IMG/VR virus record: IMGVR_UViG_2548877036_000001
Strand: one strand, 5' to 3'
DNA: 64,000 nucleotides
Source: an uncultured virus (IMG/VR IMGVR_UViG_2548877036_000001)
Lineage: Duplodnaviria > Heunggongvirae > Uroviricota > Caudoviricetes
The notes beneath the pieces are model-generated. The model searched no databases and had not been told where the DNA came from. It was given only the letters and a program-made list of their open reading frames with translations. Positions within the stretch are counted from its first letter, which is position 1; every line of letters begins with the position of its first letter. Shown piece after piece: positions 1 to 9,583 of the stretch. Made by a program: the position numbers and the translations under genes.

Positions 1-454
1 CGAACAGAATCACGCCACCCGGCACAGAGGGCGGGACTGATAGTGAGGCGCGACCCAAGGTTGGGCAGACAGGCATAGCTGGAGGCCTGGCGCGGGTTTG
101 ACGGACATCCCGTCGACCAACCTGCCGAAACGTAATTTCGCGTAATGCTCCGGGGGACGTGACAGGCAACAACCGGCAACTAGCCACGTGCCGCTCATCC
201 ACCCCCGCAGTCGACCTTCCTGCACATTTCCCCTGGTTGAGGGTTATATAGCGCCCACTTGTCAGACCCCAGGCGTACAACGACACGCAGAAACAGAACA
301 GGTGTTGCGTAGGCATCACAACCGGCATTACGCTCACCGAGACGACGGCAATTGCCGGTGATGGAAACGTGGATGATTCGCAAATTCGATTCATCTCCTC
401 CGGATGCCGGACACCCTCGTCACTCGGACCGACCACTTCGAGGAGACCGCACGC

Positions 455-904
455 ATGACCGCTTCACCGCCGTTAGTACCCACGGCTCCGCCTTTACACG
501 GGGTTGCCCCCGCGGGCCTGCTCGCACCACAAGCGCCTGCCCCGACTGGTGGCACGTCGACTCTGTCGACAGACGAAATCGTGGCGTTCATCGAGGCGTC
601 GGCTGACCCCGCTGCCGAACTCGCACACCTGGTCCTGCAGGTGTCCATGCGGGCGGCTACGGCGACGCGACAGGGCCAGATTCTGAGCTCCGTCAACAGC
701 CGGTGCGCGAAGGCATTGAAGGCGGTCCGTGTCGCGCTGCTCACCGCTGTGGCCAACACCCCTGGCGTCTACGACGGATTCACGGTCACTCAGAAGGCAG
801 GGGCGCGCTCGGTCAAGTACGACCTGTTCGAGGAGCGCTACCCCGATGTGTACGCCGAGCTGGTCTCCGTCGCCGCGCCAACGCTGAACCTCAGCTACAC
901 CTGA
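455..904 (+). CDS. hypothetical protein
   Basis: ORF 404..904; GAGGAG RBS precedes ATG 455. Confidence 0.7.
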   Translation: MTASPPLVPTAPPLHGVAPAGLLAPQAPAPTGGTSTLSTDEIVAFIEASADPAAELAHLVLQVSMRAATATRQGQILSSVNSRCAKALKAVRVALLTAVANTPGVYDGFTVTQKAGARSVKYDLFEERYPDVYAELVSVAAPTLNLSYT

Positions 905-954
905 GGCCCATTTCCACTCAACTGATTCACCCACTACCCAAGGAGATCTCCGCC

Positions 955-2115
955 ATGTCTGCACCAGTAGCCGTTCCCGCACTCAGTGACATCACACACC
1001 CGCCCGCCGCCGCCGCCGCTGTCGCCCCACCTGTTGTCGCTCCGGTGGCCGCTCCCGTTGCGCCCGTTGCACCGCCGGCAGCTCCGGCCACACCAACGGT
1101 CAGCCCGGTTGCACCCGTTGCGCCGGTCGTACCCTTGAACACTGCAGCGCCGACTGTTCCGGTTCCCACAGCCGTTCCAGATGCCCCGGTTACTTCCTCC
1201 GAGCCGGTCCCCGTACCTGCACCGGCCGCCCCCGCCGTCACGCCAGTCACCGTGGCTGCCGTCCAGCCGGCACCCTCGACTTCCCCGATCGCTGGGATCG
1301 CTCCGGTCACTCCGCCTCCGGTGGCGCCACCTATCACCCCTCCGGTGGCTCCGATCTCTGCATCAGCTGCGGCTGCTCAACCGGCACAGACCGCAGAACC
1401 CGCCCCGGCGCCTGAACCGGTCTATGCCGAGGGCACCGTCGTTGGCGCCGTTGATGTGGCACCAGTGGTTGCACCGGTTGTCGCAGCACCGAGTGTCGAA
1501 TCAGTGGCCGCGCAACCTGTCTCGGTACCGGTGTCGGACAGCGTGCGGGCATTTGCAGCCCGGCACAACATCGACCTGTCAACCGTGACAGGAACCGGCA
1601 GTCGCGGACGTATCACCCGCAAGGACCTCGAAGCGATCGTCGCAGCAGCTGCGGCACTTACCTCCGAGGCCCCTGTCGCGGAGCCCGAAGCCGCCGCAGC
1701 GCCGGTAGCCGAGCCTGTTGCGCCTCCGGTGGTTTCTGCGCCCTCCCCCGCCTCCGTGGCACCGGTTATCGTTGAGCCCACCCCCACACCGGTGGAACCG
1801 GCTCCCGCACCTGCCTTCTCGGCGCCGATCGTCGCTGCCCCGAGCGCCACAGAGGCGCCCGTACCTTCGGCCCTTACACCGGCAGCACCCGTTGACTCAT
1901 CCCCGGTCCAGGTGGCCAGCGGCGGACTCAATCTACGCGTGCCGATCGACCTGAGTGCCGGGAACAAGTTCGCGTTTGATGCCGGGACCGACTTGGTAGC
2001 GCTTGCTCGCGATGTCCTGCCGGCTCTGAACGTGCTGTCGGCGTTCGTCGAGCTCACCGTCGAAGGTCCCGCACTTGTGGTCACCGTGGCGGCGACGACG
2101 GCGGTCAGCTTGTGA
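955..2115 (+). CDS. Pro/Ala/Val-rich protein with central E3-binding (peripheral subunit-binding) domain
   Basis: AAGGAG before ATG 955; VSDSVRAFAARHNIDLSTVTGTGSRGRITRKDL matches the PSBD pattern of 2-oxoacid dehydrogenase E2 subunits. Confidence 0.75.
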   Translation: MSAPVAVPALSDITHPPAAAAAVAPPVVAPVAAPVAPVAPPAAPATPTVSPVAPVAPVVPLNTAAPTVPVPTAVPDAPVTSSEPVPVPAPAAPAVTPVTVAAVQPAPSTSPIAGIAPVTPPPVAPPITPPVAPISASAAAAQPAQTAEPAPAPEPVYAEGTVVGAVDVAPVVAPVVAAPSVESVAAQPVSVPVSDSVRAFAARHNIDLSTVTGTGSRGRITRKDLEAIVAAAAALTSEAPVAEPEAAAAPVAEPVAPPVVSAPSPASVAPVIVEPTPTPVEPAPAPAFSAPIVAAPSATEAPVPSALTPAAPVDSSPVQVASGGLNLRVPIDLSAGNKFAFDAGTDLVALARDVLPALNVLSAFVELTVEGPALVVTVAATTAVSL

Positions 2116-2909
2116 CCGCTGTACCTTCAGACATTCTCGACAGCCGGGCACTGGGTGCGCAAGCACCCGGTGCGCAGCCGATCCTGTTGCCTCGCCCGGT
2201 ATCTGGCCGCAGCGATGGCCTGATCCCTGTACGTGTTGCTCCCCTGGTCTCGCACGATTCCGAAGAGTCGGGCGCTGCTGCCGAGAAAGTCACCGAGACT
2301 GTCATGGACATGCAGCTGATCGTGGATTACACGAACGCGTTGGCCAAGCGAACAGCCGCCAATATCCAGGCCGACAACATCACTGAGCTCGCGCAAGCAC
2401 ACGAACACCCGCGGCAGGGTGCCGCGTGCCTGCGGTGCTCGATTCTTGGTTCTTCGCGCAACCTGACACTGGGAACCACGCTGCTGGAAATTCTCGCGCG
2501 CACCAACGCCGACGAAGAGTGGAACCACAGCCAGGAGTGCACGGACACCAAAATCATCTCGCGGCTGAAGCGGTTGGTAGTCAGCGCTGCATCTCTGAAA
2601 GACATCTACGGCCCCTACTGGGGTCCGGTGATGCTCACGTGCCTGCGTATCGAGGCTGCTGATTTCGCACTGCTGCACCACCTCACACAGAAATACCAAC
2701 ACAGCAAGGTGCTGACCGTGCACACGCGCGAAGCATTGGCGGCCTACCACCTCGCCATGGTGACTTGCCCATTCACGAGCACTGTGCGCGGCACGGCCAA
2801 CCCGATGCTTCGCAGCGCGGTAGCCGTGCGTCTGGCCACCGCAACCGCAATGGTCGCCGTCGGCAAGCCACCGGCCTGGCTCGATCACCTGCCTGCCCCG
2901 GTGCTGTGA
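2112..2909 (+). CDS. hypothetical protein
   Basis: 265-aa ORF, GTGA-coupled to both neighbours. Confidence 0.7.
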   Translation: MTAVPSDILDSRALGAQAPGAQPILLPRPVSGRSDGLIPVRVAPLVSHDSEESGAAAEKVTETVMDMQLIVDYTNALAKRTAANIQADNITELAQAHEHPRQGAACLRCSILGSSRNLTLGTTLLEILARTNADEEWNHSQECTDTKIISRLKRLVVSAASLKDIYGPYWGPVMLTCLRIEAADFALLHHLTQKYQHSKVLTVHTREALAAYHLAMVTCPFTSTVRGTANPMLRSAVAVRLATATAMVAVGKPPAWLDHLPAPVL

Positions 2910-3676
2910 ACACTCACGCACAGCCGCTCGACACGGCGATACCGACCCCTGACGGATTCCGCCGTCTGGACGATCTCGTCCCCGGCGACATGGTGTTTGG
3001 TTCCGATGGAACCCCGATAGCGGTTCTTGCCGTCAACGACATCGGATCCGTTTCGATGACGTGTCTGCGCTTCGACGACGGCGCCAAGACCGACGTAGCC
3101 GCGGAAACTCTGTGGCAGGCTCGTGACGGCGCCACCGGCGCGATCGGCATCTATCGCACCACTGATATCTGCGCCAATCTGGTGCTGCCAGGAGGTGCAC
3201 CGCGTTGGACGATCCCGACTGCGGCAGCCGTTGCGTTCCCGGAGGCCGCTGGTCTCCCGGTCGACCCACTAACCTTCGGGTCCGAACTGCGTAGCGGCGA
3301 GGCTGCTGACGCAGGCCTTCTTGGGCGGTACCTCACCGCGGACGTCTCACAGCGGCGTGAAACTCTCGCCGGTGTACTGGGCACACGGTCCAGCATCGGG
3401 GCGTCGGCTCCCTCCATGGCGCTGGCCGCCGCCGGCTCTCTGATCCGTTCACTGGGCGGACTGCCCACATGGGTTCGGCACGGAGCCGGATACAGCCTCG
3501 TGCCGTTGTGGGGGCGCGACGACGAACTACGCCGCGAAATCGTTTCGTTCGAGCAGGTTCCCGATCAGCCTTGCCGCGCAATCACGGTGGCCGCAGCTGA
3601 CGGGCTGTACGTCACTGGCGGTGACTTCGTTCTCACGCTCGGCGCCGCGATCGCCGAACAGCGAGGCGCTGCATGA
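2906..3676 (+). CDS. free-standing degenerate intein/Hint-domain protein with LAGLIDADG remnants
   Basis: GTG 2906 overlaps the upstream stop; block A AQPLDTAIPTPDGFRRLDDLVPGDMV, C-terminal RAITVAAADGLYVTGGDFVLT; no terminal His-Asn. Confidence 0.75.
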   Translation: MNTHAQPLDTAIPTPDGFRRLDDLVPGDMVFGSDGTPIAVLAVNDIGSVSMTCLRFDDGAKTDVAAETLWQARDGATGAIGIYRTTDICANLVLPGGAPRWTIPTAAAVAFPEAAGLPVDPLTFGSELRSGEAADAGLLGRYLTADVSQRRETLAGVLGTRSSIGASAPSMALAAAGSLIRSLGGLPTWVRHGAGYSLVPLWGRDDELRREIVSFEQVPDQPCRAITVAAADGLYVTGGDFVLTLGAAIAEQRGAA

Positions 3677-5646
3677 CGGTCACCGACTTGGCTCCCGCCG
3701 CAGATCAAGAGCAGATGGCTTTCCCTGTCGCAGCCCCTGCAACCAACGAGCCACGTGCACTGCGCGAGTATCAGATCGAAGCCGCCGATGCGGTATGCGC
3801 TGCCTACAACCGTGGCGTCGTGGGACCGGCGGTCGTGCTGCCGACCGGGACGGGAAAATCGACCGTCATCGCAGAGCTGGCGCGCCGTGAGGTGACCAAC
3901 AGCGGCCGGGTGCTGCTGATGGCCCACCGCGACGAATTGATCAAGCAGATGGCCATTGCTGTCTCAGCGGTTAACCCGGCCGGCCCCGTCCCCTCGCTGA
4001 TCGGAGGAGGCAATCGCGATGACCCAACTGCTCAGATTGTCTCGGCCACAGTGCAATCACTACAGACTGAGGCGGCACTAGCCAGAATCGGACACCGCGA
4101 CCTCGTCATCGTCGACGAGGCCCACCACGCGCCCGCCCGGACCTACCGCAAGGTGCTCGACCACTTCACTGCTCTGGGCGCGCGCCGTGCCGGATTCACC
4201 GCGACGATGATCCGCCACGCCCCGAGCAGAGACGAGCCCGCCCTGAGGACCATCTGGGAAGAGGTGGTTTTCGAGCGGGACATCAACTGGGCCATCGAAA
4301 ACGGCTTCTTGATCGCGCCAGAAGGCGTGACCGTTGAACTCCCGGAACTTGATGTGTCGAAGCTGTCCGCCGGTAGTGGCGGAGACATCTCCGACGAGGT
4401 CGCCGAAGAGGCGATGATGCGAGAGACGACGTTAAATGCCACTGTCGAGGCGGTTTTGACCCGCACCGAGGGCCGCTCATCCATCGTCTTTGGCGCTTCG
4501 TTGTTGCACTGCGAGCAACTAGCCAAGTCCCTTGTCGAACAAGGCGTGTCCGCCGAAGTGGTTGTCGGAGAGACCAAAACCCGCGTCCGCAACGGCATCT
4601 ACAACCGATTCCGACACGGGACCACCCAGGTGTTGGTGACGGTCGACGTGCTCACCGAGGGCGCAGACTTCCCCCGCTGCGAAGCGGTCGTGCTGGCCAG
4701 ACCGACGCGTAGCCAGTCCAGGCTTGTCCAATGCGTAGGGCGCGCTCTGCGGCCACACACGTTCGAAGACGGAACCGTCAAAGACACCGCTCTCGTCGTG
4801 GACCTCGTGGGCGCCGGATCCCTCGGGCTGATCGTCAAGACCCGCCTGGACCCCGAACACCGCGATAAACCGGAGAACGACGAAGACGGGTTCGGTTGCT
4901 TCTGCCAGCAGCCCTGCACAAGTGACGAGTGCGACTTCTCCTGCACCGGAATAGGTTGTGAATGCAACTGCACGTGTGCGAACGAGACGTCTGAGTCAGG
5001 CCCAGCCAGCGATCCCGTGTCCAGTGTCCCCTGCACATGCACATGCACGCTGACCTTCGGACTGTGCCGTTGCGGTTGTGAATGCGACCTGCACCGAGTA
5101 GATCCGCTGCGGACTTTCGATCCGGTTACCGGCGACGTCCTAGCCGCCGGAAAACAGCGGCGAGGCGACTCCAGCTGGTCGCAGCGCACCTCCACCATCC
5201 GCTGGGTACACCACCCTCGCGGCCTCGTGCGCTCGGTGTACCGCGCCAATGGCCACAAAGGCGTACTGATGCTCGCCGATATGCGTGGTGTCGCGGGGAC
5301 TGTCGCAGGCCGTGATTGGGCCTTCGGATTCTTCGACAGCACGGTGCACCGCATGTTCTGGGTCGGCCTCGATGGGCAGTGGACCGAACCGGGCCCCAGG
5401 TGCTACCTGCAAGGGCTGAGCCTGGCGGAGGCAGACGCGCTGGCGCAGAACATCTTTACCGATCACATGCGAGATCTCCCTCGCGCTAAATCCTCCGATG
5501 CGCAGATCGACTTCGCGTCGCAATTGGGAGTCCCCGACGCCGGCCAGCTCGACCGCCGTGACCTCAGCGACTTGATCGCACTCGCCCAAGCCGAGAAGTG
5601 GCTCCCGGCGTTCCAGCGCCCCGGCGCCGTTGAAACCGCAGCTTGA
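3673..5646 (+). CDS. SF2 DEAD/DEAH-box helicase with Cys-rich insert
   Basis: LREYQ Q-motif, PTGTGKS Walker A, DEAHH, TAT motif III, LTEGADFP, QCVGRALR. Confidence 0.9.
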   Translation: MTVTDLAPAADQEQMAFPVAAPATNEPRALREYQIEAADAVCAAYNRGVVGPAVVLPTGTGKSTVIAELARREVTNSGRVLLMAHRDELIKQMAIAVSAVNPAGPVPSLIGGGNRDDPTAQIVSATVQSLQTEAALARIGHRDLVIVDEAHHAPARTYRKVLDHFTALGARRAGFTATMIRHAPSRDEPALRTIWEEVVFERDINWAIENGFLIAPEGVTVELPELDVSKLSAGSGGDISDEVAEEAMMRETTLNATVEAVLTRTEGRSSIVFGASLLHCEQLAKSLVEQGVSAEVVVGETKTRVRNGIYNRFRHGTTQVLVTVDVLTEGADFPRCEAVVLARPTRSQSRLVQCVGRALRPHTFEDGTVKDTALVVDLVGAGSLGLIVKTRLDPEHRDKPENDEDGFGCFCQQPCTSDECDFSCTGIGCECNCTCANETSESGPASDPVSSVPCTCTCTLTFGLCRCGCECDLHRVDPLRTFDPVTGDVLAAGKQRRGDSSWSQRTSTIRWVHHPRGLVRSVYRANGHKGVLMLADMRGVAGTVAGRDWAFGFFDSTVHRMFWVGLDGQWTEPGPRCYLQGLSLAEADALAQNIFTDHMRDLPRAKSSDAQIDFASQLGVPDAGQLDRRDLSDLIALAQAEKWLPAFQRPGAVETAA

Positions 5647-5678
5647 CAGACCGACCACGAAACGCAGGAGGAGGACCG

Positions 5679-6674
5679 ATGTCGATGACGCAGGAAGTGC
5701 GTGACGAGCTGAGTCGCGCCACATCAATACACCAGGGGTGCAGGCGTGTTCAGGTCGCGGCTATCGTCCGACTCGCTGGAGAGCTTCGTGTCTCCCGTAC
5801 CGGGCTGACGGTGCACATCGAGGTCGGCACCGGTGCCGTCGCACGGTATCTGCGCCGGGAAATCGCCGCACTGTATGGCCACAAAGCAGTAGTGATCGTG
5901 AACAGCGAAACCGGATTGCGCCGTGGTGCCCGTTACACGGTGCGCGTGAGCGAAGGCGGGCGTGATCTCGCCCTACAGACTGGTCTCATCGACCTGCGCG
6001 GCCGGCCCGTCACCGGGCTACCCGCGATGGTGGTCGGCGGATCACCGGGCGAGGTCGCCGCAGCCTGGCGCGGCGCCTTCATGGTCGCTGGATCATTGAT
6101 CGGACCGAGCCGATCCAGCGCGCTGGAAATCAGCTGCCCCAACCCCGAAGTGGCATTCGCGCTGACCAGCTGCGCGCGCCGGCTGGGTGTTCAGTCGATG
6201 GTGCGCACGGCTCGTGGCATCGACCGTGTCGTGATTCACGACCATGACAGCATCGGAACGCTCTTGAGCCGAATCGGTGCAGACGAGTCGCGCATCTCCT
6301 GGGAGAGGCGAATCGCTCAGCGCGCAATGCAGTCGACCGCAATCCGGCTGGTCAACCTCGATGACGCCAACGCGCGTAGATCAGCACGAGCAGCGGCAGC
6401 CACGGCGGCCAAGGTGAAGCAGGCACTAGCGATTTTGGGGGCAGAAGCACCCGAGCACCTGGTGCACACCGGACAGCTTCGCCTGGATCACCGCGAGGCA
6501 TCTCTGGAAGAGCTTGGGCAGCTCGCCCAGCCGCCCATCACCAAAGACGCTGTCGCAGGCCGGTTGCGGCGGTTGCTCATCATGGCCGACCGCCGCGCCG
6601 CCGGAGAAGAGCAGGACGAGTTCGATTCAGAGCGCCCCGACGGTGGGGCCGTCCGACTCCTGGCAGGTGCGTAA
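5679..6674 (+). CDS. whiA: WhiA-family DNA-binding protein (copy 1)
   Basis: MTQEVRDELSR start, AAWRGAF, ANARRSARAA, SLEELGQLAQPPITKDAVAGRLRRL; GGAGGAGG RBS. Confidence 0.9.
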   Translation: MSMTQEVRDELSRATSIHQGCRRVQVAAIVRLAGELRVSRTGLTVHIEVGTGAVARYLRREIAALYGHKAVVIVNSETGLRRGARYTVRVSEGGRDLALQTGLIDLRGRPVTGLPAMVVGGSPGEVAAAWRGAFMVAGSLIGPSRSSALEISCPNPEVAFALTSCARRLGVQSMVRTARGIDRVVIHDHDSIGTLLSRIGADESRISWERRIAQRAMQSTAIRLVNLDDANARRSARAAAATAAKVKQALAILGAEAPEHLVHTGQLRLDHREASLEELGQLAQPPITKDAVAGRLRRLLIMADRRAAGEEQDEFDSERPDGGAVRLLAGA

Positions 6675-6677
6675 TCC

Positions 6678-6920
6678 ATGGATACCACCGATGTGTGCAC
6701 CTGCCCTGATGGCCGCAATCACGTGGACTGCCAAGAACATCAGTGCCTTGAGACTCGCCAGGCCCTAGACACTCCCATCTGGATTGAGCTGGCTTGGGAA
6801 ATGGACCTTAACTGGGCGGGCAATGCCGGTGAGTTGTTCTGGCAGCACAACCGGATCGAGCTGTGGACGTTCGACCAGCCCCCAACCGAGAAAGCACAGG
6901 AGACTAAGCATGTTGAGTGA
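6678..6920 (+). CDS. hypothetical protein
   Basis: 80-aa ORF in a tightly packed + strand run. Confidence 0.55.
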   Translation: MDTTDVCTCPDGRNHVDCQEHQCLETRQALDTPIWIELAWEMDLNWAGNAGELFWQHNRIELWTFDQPPTEKAQETKHVE

Positions 6921-7179
6921 CTGGGAATCCCACAACATTCCACCTTTCAAGTTGCCTGATATGAGCCCGCGGCATGCGCCAGAGACCTTGTTTCGGCCGC
7001 ACACGGTGAACGTTCAGCGCGATCAGGACGCAGAAGTCGTGATCGTCAGCATTTCCGGCAATCGACTGTTCAACGGAACACCGCATTTCGGCTGGCTCGA
7101 CACGTGGGAATGGGATCGCGATCGCGACCCTCGGGAGCCATGGATCGACGACCTTATCGCCGAGGTGGTGAATCGATGA
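6910..7179 (+). CDS. hypothetical protein
   Basis: AGGAG RBS, ATG 6910, ATGA overlap with next gene. Confidence 0.55.
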   Translation: MLSDWESHNIPPFKLPDMSPRHAPETLFRPHTVNVQRDQDAEVVIVSISGNRLFNGTPHFGWLDTWEWDRDRDPREPWIDDLIAEVVNR

Positions 7180-7514
7180 GCGCACGAAGATGGCCCATTG
7201 CGGCCGCACTGGTACTCGTGCTCACCGCCTGCGGCAATGGCCCCGCTGAAGGAAAGGTCGTAGACACCGAGTACAGCCCCGCGTGGACCCAGTACGTGCC
7301 AGGCACCCCGGGATCAACGACATGCAGTGGGAGCCCGCCGCGCTGCAACACATATCCCGGCACGCCACCACAGTGGATCCCCCACTCGGAATCTTGGCGT
7401 CTGAGATTGGACAACGGGAAAGAGATCGGCTGGCGCGAGGTTAGCCGCGAGGAATACGAGGCTTGCTCACGGGACGAGCACTACCCCGAATGCGCGAAGG
7501 GCGAGACTCGATGA
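7176..7514 (+). CDS. putative lipoprotein
   Basis: MSARRWPIAAALVLVLTAC-G signal peptide and lipobox. Confidence 0.7.
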   Translation: MSARRWPIAAALVLVLTACGNGPAEGKVVDTEYSPAWTQYVPGTPGSTTCSGSPPRCNTYPGTPPQWIPHSESWRLRLDNGKEIGWREVSREEYEACSRDEHYPECAKGETR

Positions 7515-7825
7515 GCTGCCGATACGCGACGAAGCGCCTGTTTCCGACACGCGAACTCGCCCAGGCAGGCGCCCAGAATATCCGCGCGACAGTGGAATCC
7601 GCGGGCCGCATTTTCCAGACGCTCTACCCATACAAGTGCCCCGACGACGCGGGGCACTGGCACCTTTCGCACTACCCGCAGGGCTTTGCCACCTGCTCAT
7701 GGTGCCGACGTCGCGCGGAGGCCTGGTACGGCGGGAAGTTCTGGGTGATGGCCGCACACACCACCGACGCCGGGCCTTGCCTGGGCGTTGGCGGCATGGG
7801 CAGCGACGGGGGTGACTTCCAATGA
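7511..7825 (+). CDS. Cys/His-rich putative Zn-binding protein
   Basis: YPYKCPDDAGHWHLS and CSWC motifs; paralogous to the N-terminus of 13172..14131. Confidence 0.65.
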   Translation: MSCRYATKRLFPTRELAQAGAQNIRATVESAGRIFQTLYPYKCPDDAGHWHLSHYPQGFATCSWCRRRAEAWYGGKFWVMAAHTTDAGPCLGVGGMGSDGGDFQ

Positions 7826-8271
7826 ACATCGCCATGGCACCGCATGATTCAGCTCGCATGGCCTACGCAAGAGCCGCGTTCCTGCGTGCTTACCAATGGC
7901 AACTCGAACTCGACGTGATCGCCGGGCATATCCCGGAGTGGAACGCCAGCTTGAATCTCCATCAGATGCGCGAACGCTGGGCGACAGAGAACATCATCGA
8001 TTGGGTCAAAAGTATGGGTTTGGCTCCGATCTGGCTTCCGTTGCCGCCCAAACTCGGGCCCGGCTTCCCTCCTCTGAAGGAAAGTCTTCGAAACTACGGC
8101 GGTACGGTATTCGCTTCGAGGCGCTACGGCCCTGGCGAGAATCAGCAACAACTGTGCGACGCCGACCCAACCTGCACGCATCTGTGGATGGTCAATATAC
8201 GGTGCGGGGTGGAGTGCAACGACTGCCGCGGGTGGTTCGACGGGTGGCGTTGGCGGAGTCAGCTGACATGA
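7822..8271 (+). CDS. hypothetical protein
   Basis: 149-aa ORF with ATGA overlaps. Confidence 0.6.
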   Translation: MNIAMAPHDSARMAYARAAFLRAYQWQLELDVIAGHIPEWNASLNLHQMRERWATENIIDWVKSMGLAPIWLPLPPKLGPGFPPLKESLRNYGGTVFASRRYGPGENQQQLCDADPTCTHLWMVNIRCGVECNDCRGWFDGWRWRSQLT

Positions 8272-8564
8272 GCATCGCCCAGCAGTACCCAGCGCGCACC
8301 GACGCCAACGGAAACACCTGGTACCGGCCAATGCGCCCCAGGGGATTTGACTTCGACCAGTGGGGGTGGACGTCCGACCCCGCGCAGGCCGACCCGAGTT
8401 ACGCCGCGGCAGCCGTGGTCTGCGCGAAGACGGCACCGGGGACTTCGCTGACGCCGGAGGACCGCGCTGCTGTCTTGGAGTTCCGGCAGTACCTCGCCGG
8501 TCTGCCCCTCCCATACGTGCCGGTTCTCGTCGACGTTCCCAGCCGCACCACGGATCATGGATAG
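8268..8564 (+). CDS. hypothetical protein
   Basis: ATG 8268 overlaps the previous stop. Confidence 0.55.
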   Translation: MSIAQQYPARTDANGNTWYRPMRPRGFDFDQWGWTSDPAQADPSYAAAAVVCAKTAPGTSLTPEDRAAVLEFRQYLAGLPLPYVPVLVDVPSRTTDHG

Positions 8565-8573
8565 GAGTATCCG

Positions 8574-9527
8574 GTGAATCCACTGACACAACAGGTCAAA
8601 TACGAACTGAATCGTGTACTTCCGTCCGTCAACGACACGCCTTCGACCAGACGTGCGCAGGTCTCAGCGATGCTGCGGTTCGGCGGCGGGTTCTTCAGTG
8701 AGGGCCGCCGCTGCTGGATCGACGCCGAGCTCGATACGCGCGAAGCAGCGGTGTTCTTGCGCGACGAGATCACCAAGCTCTTCGACGCGGCGCCACGCGC
8801 GTTCGTGCTCTCGGCGGGAACCTTCAAGGTGCGCCAGATTCATCGAGCCCAGGCTCTGGCGGCGCAAGTGGGCCTGCTCAGTCCATCAGGCCGGCCGGTA
8901 CTGGGTATGTCGCCGGCGGTCGTGGCAGGCACACGCGCTGACGCGGCAGCCGCCCTTCGCGGTGCGTTCTTGGCACGCGGACAGATCATCACCCACGAGC
9001 TCCGCCGACCGCGCCTCGAGGTTGTGTGCCCGGCTGCCCCAGCGGCGATGGCACTCGGTGGGTTCGCCCGCCGTCACGGAGTACAGAGTCAGATGCGCGA
9101 ATACACCCGCGACGGAGCGTCTGTATACGTATTCGAGATTCGCAAGACCCCGGAGATAGGCAGATTCCTCATAGCCGTGGGAGCACCCGAAGCTGCGCAC
9201 ACCCTCATGAGCACGCACCGCGAATCGATGCGCGTCGAGAACCTCGAGGCTGCCAACAGATCCAGGTTCATCCAGGCGGCACACGAACAAGCCGAATCAG
9301 TGGGGCGTGCGCTCCGAATTCTCGGCGATGACATGCCACCGCAGCTGGTCGAAGCGGCGCGGCTACGCCTGGATAACCCGGAAGCTCGAATGAGCGAGCT
9401 TGCAGCCAAGGCCGATCCACCGATCACCAAGGACGCCTACGCCGGCCGAATCTGGCGCCTGCTGCAGCGCGCCGAAGAGCGCGTGAGGGACTCGACAGCA
9501 GTTTCCGACAATGCCGCCGTTCGATAG
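8574..9527 (+). CDS. whiA: WhiA-family DNA-binding protein (copy 2, more divergent)
   Basis: LTQQVKYELNR, RRAQVSAMLRFGGG, AALRGAFLARG, ADPPITKDAYAGRIWRLL. Confidence 0.85.
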   Translation: MNPLTQQVKYELNRVLPSVNDTPSTRRAQVSAMLRFGGGFFSEGRRCWIDAELDTREAAVFLRDEITKLFDAAPRAFVLSAGTFKVRQIHRAQALAAQVGLLSPSGRPVLGMSPAVVAGTRADAAAALRGAFLARGQIITHELRRPRLEVVCPAAPAAMALGGFARRHGVQSQMREYTRDGASVYVFEIRKTPEIGRFLIAVGAPEAAHTLMSTHRESMRVENLEAANRSRFIQAAHEQAESVGRALRILGDDMPPQLVEAARLRLDNPEARMSELAAKADPPITKDAYAGRIWRLLQRAEERVRDSTAVSDNAAVR

Positions 9528-9546
9528 ACCGGAATCATCACTAGTG

Positions 9547-9569
9547 ATATTCTCTATTTTAGAGAATAT
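9547..9569. promoter_or_regulatory. palindromic box TTCTCY-N5-RGAGAA, copy 1
   Basis: ATATTCTCT-ATTTT-AGAGAATAT, 14 bp upstream of ATG 9584. Confidence 0.75.
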
Positions 9570-9583
9570 GGAAGGGCCTCGTT

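Noticed and set aside
927..2084. Long antisense Gly/Ala/Thr-rich ORFs
   Set aside because: Mirror of the Pro/Ala-rich + strand gene; typical high-GC shadow frames.
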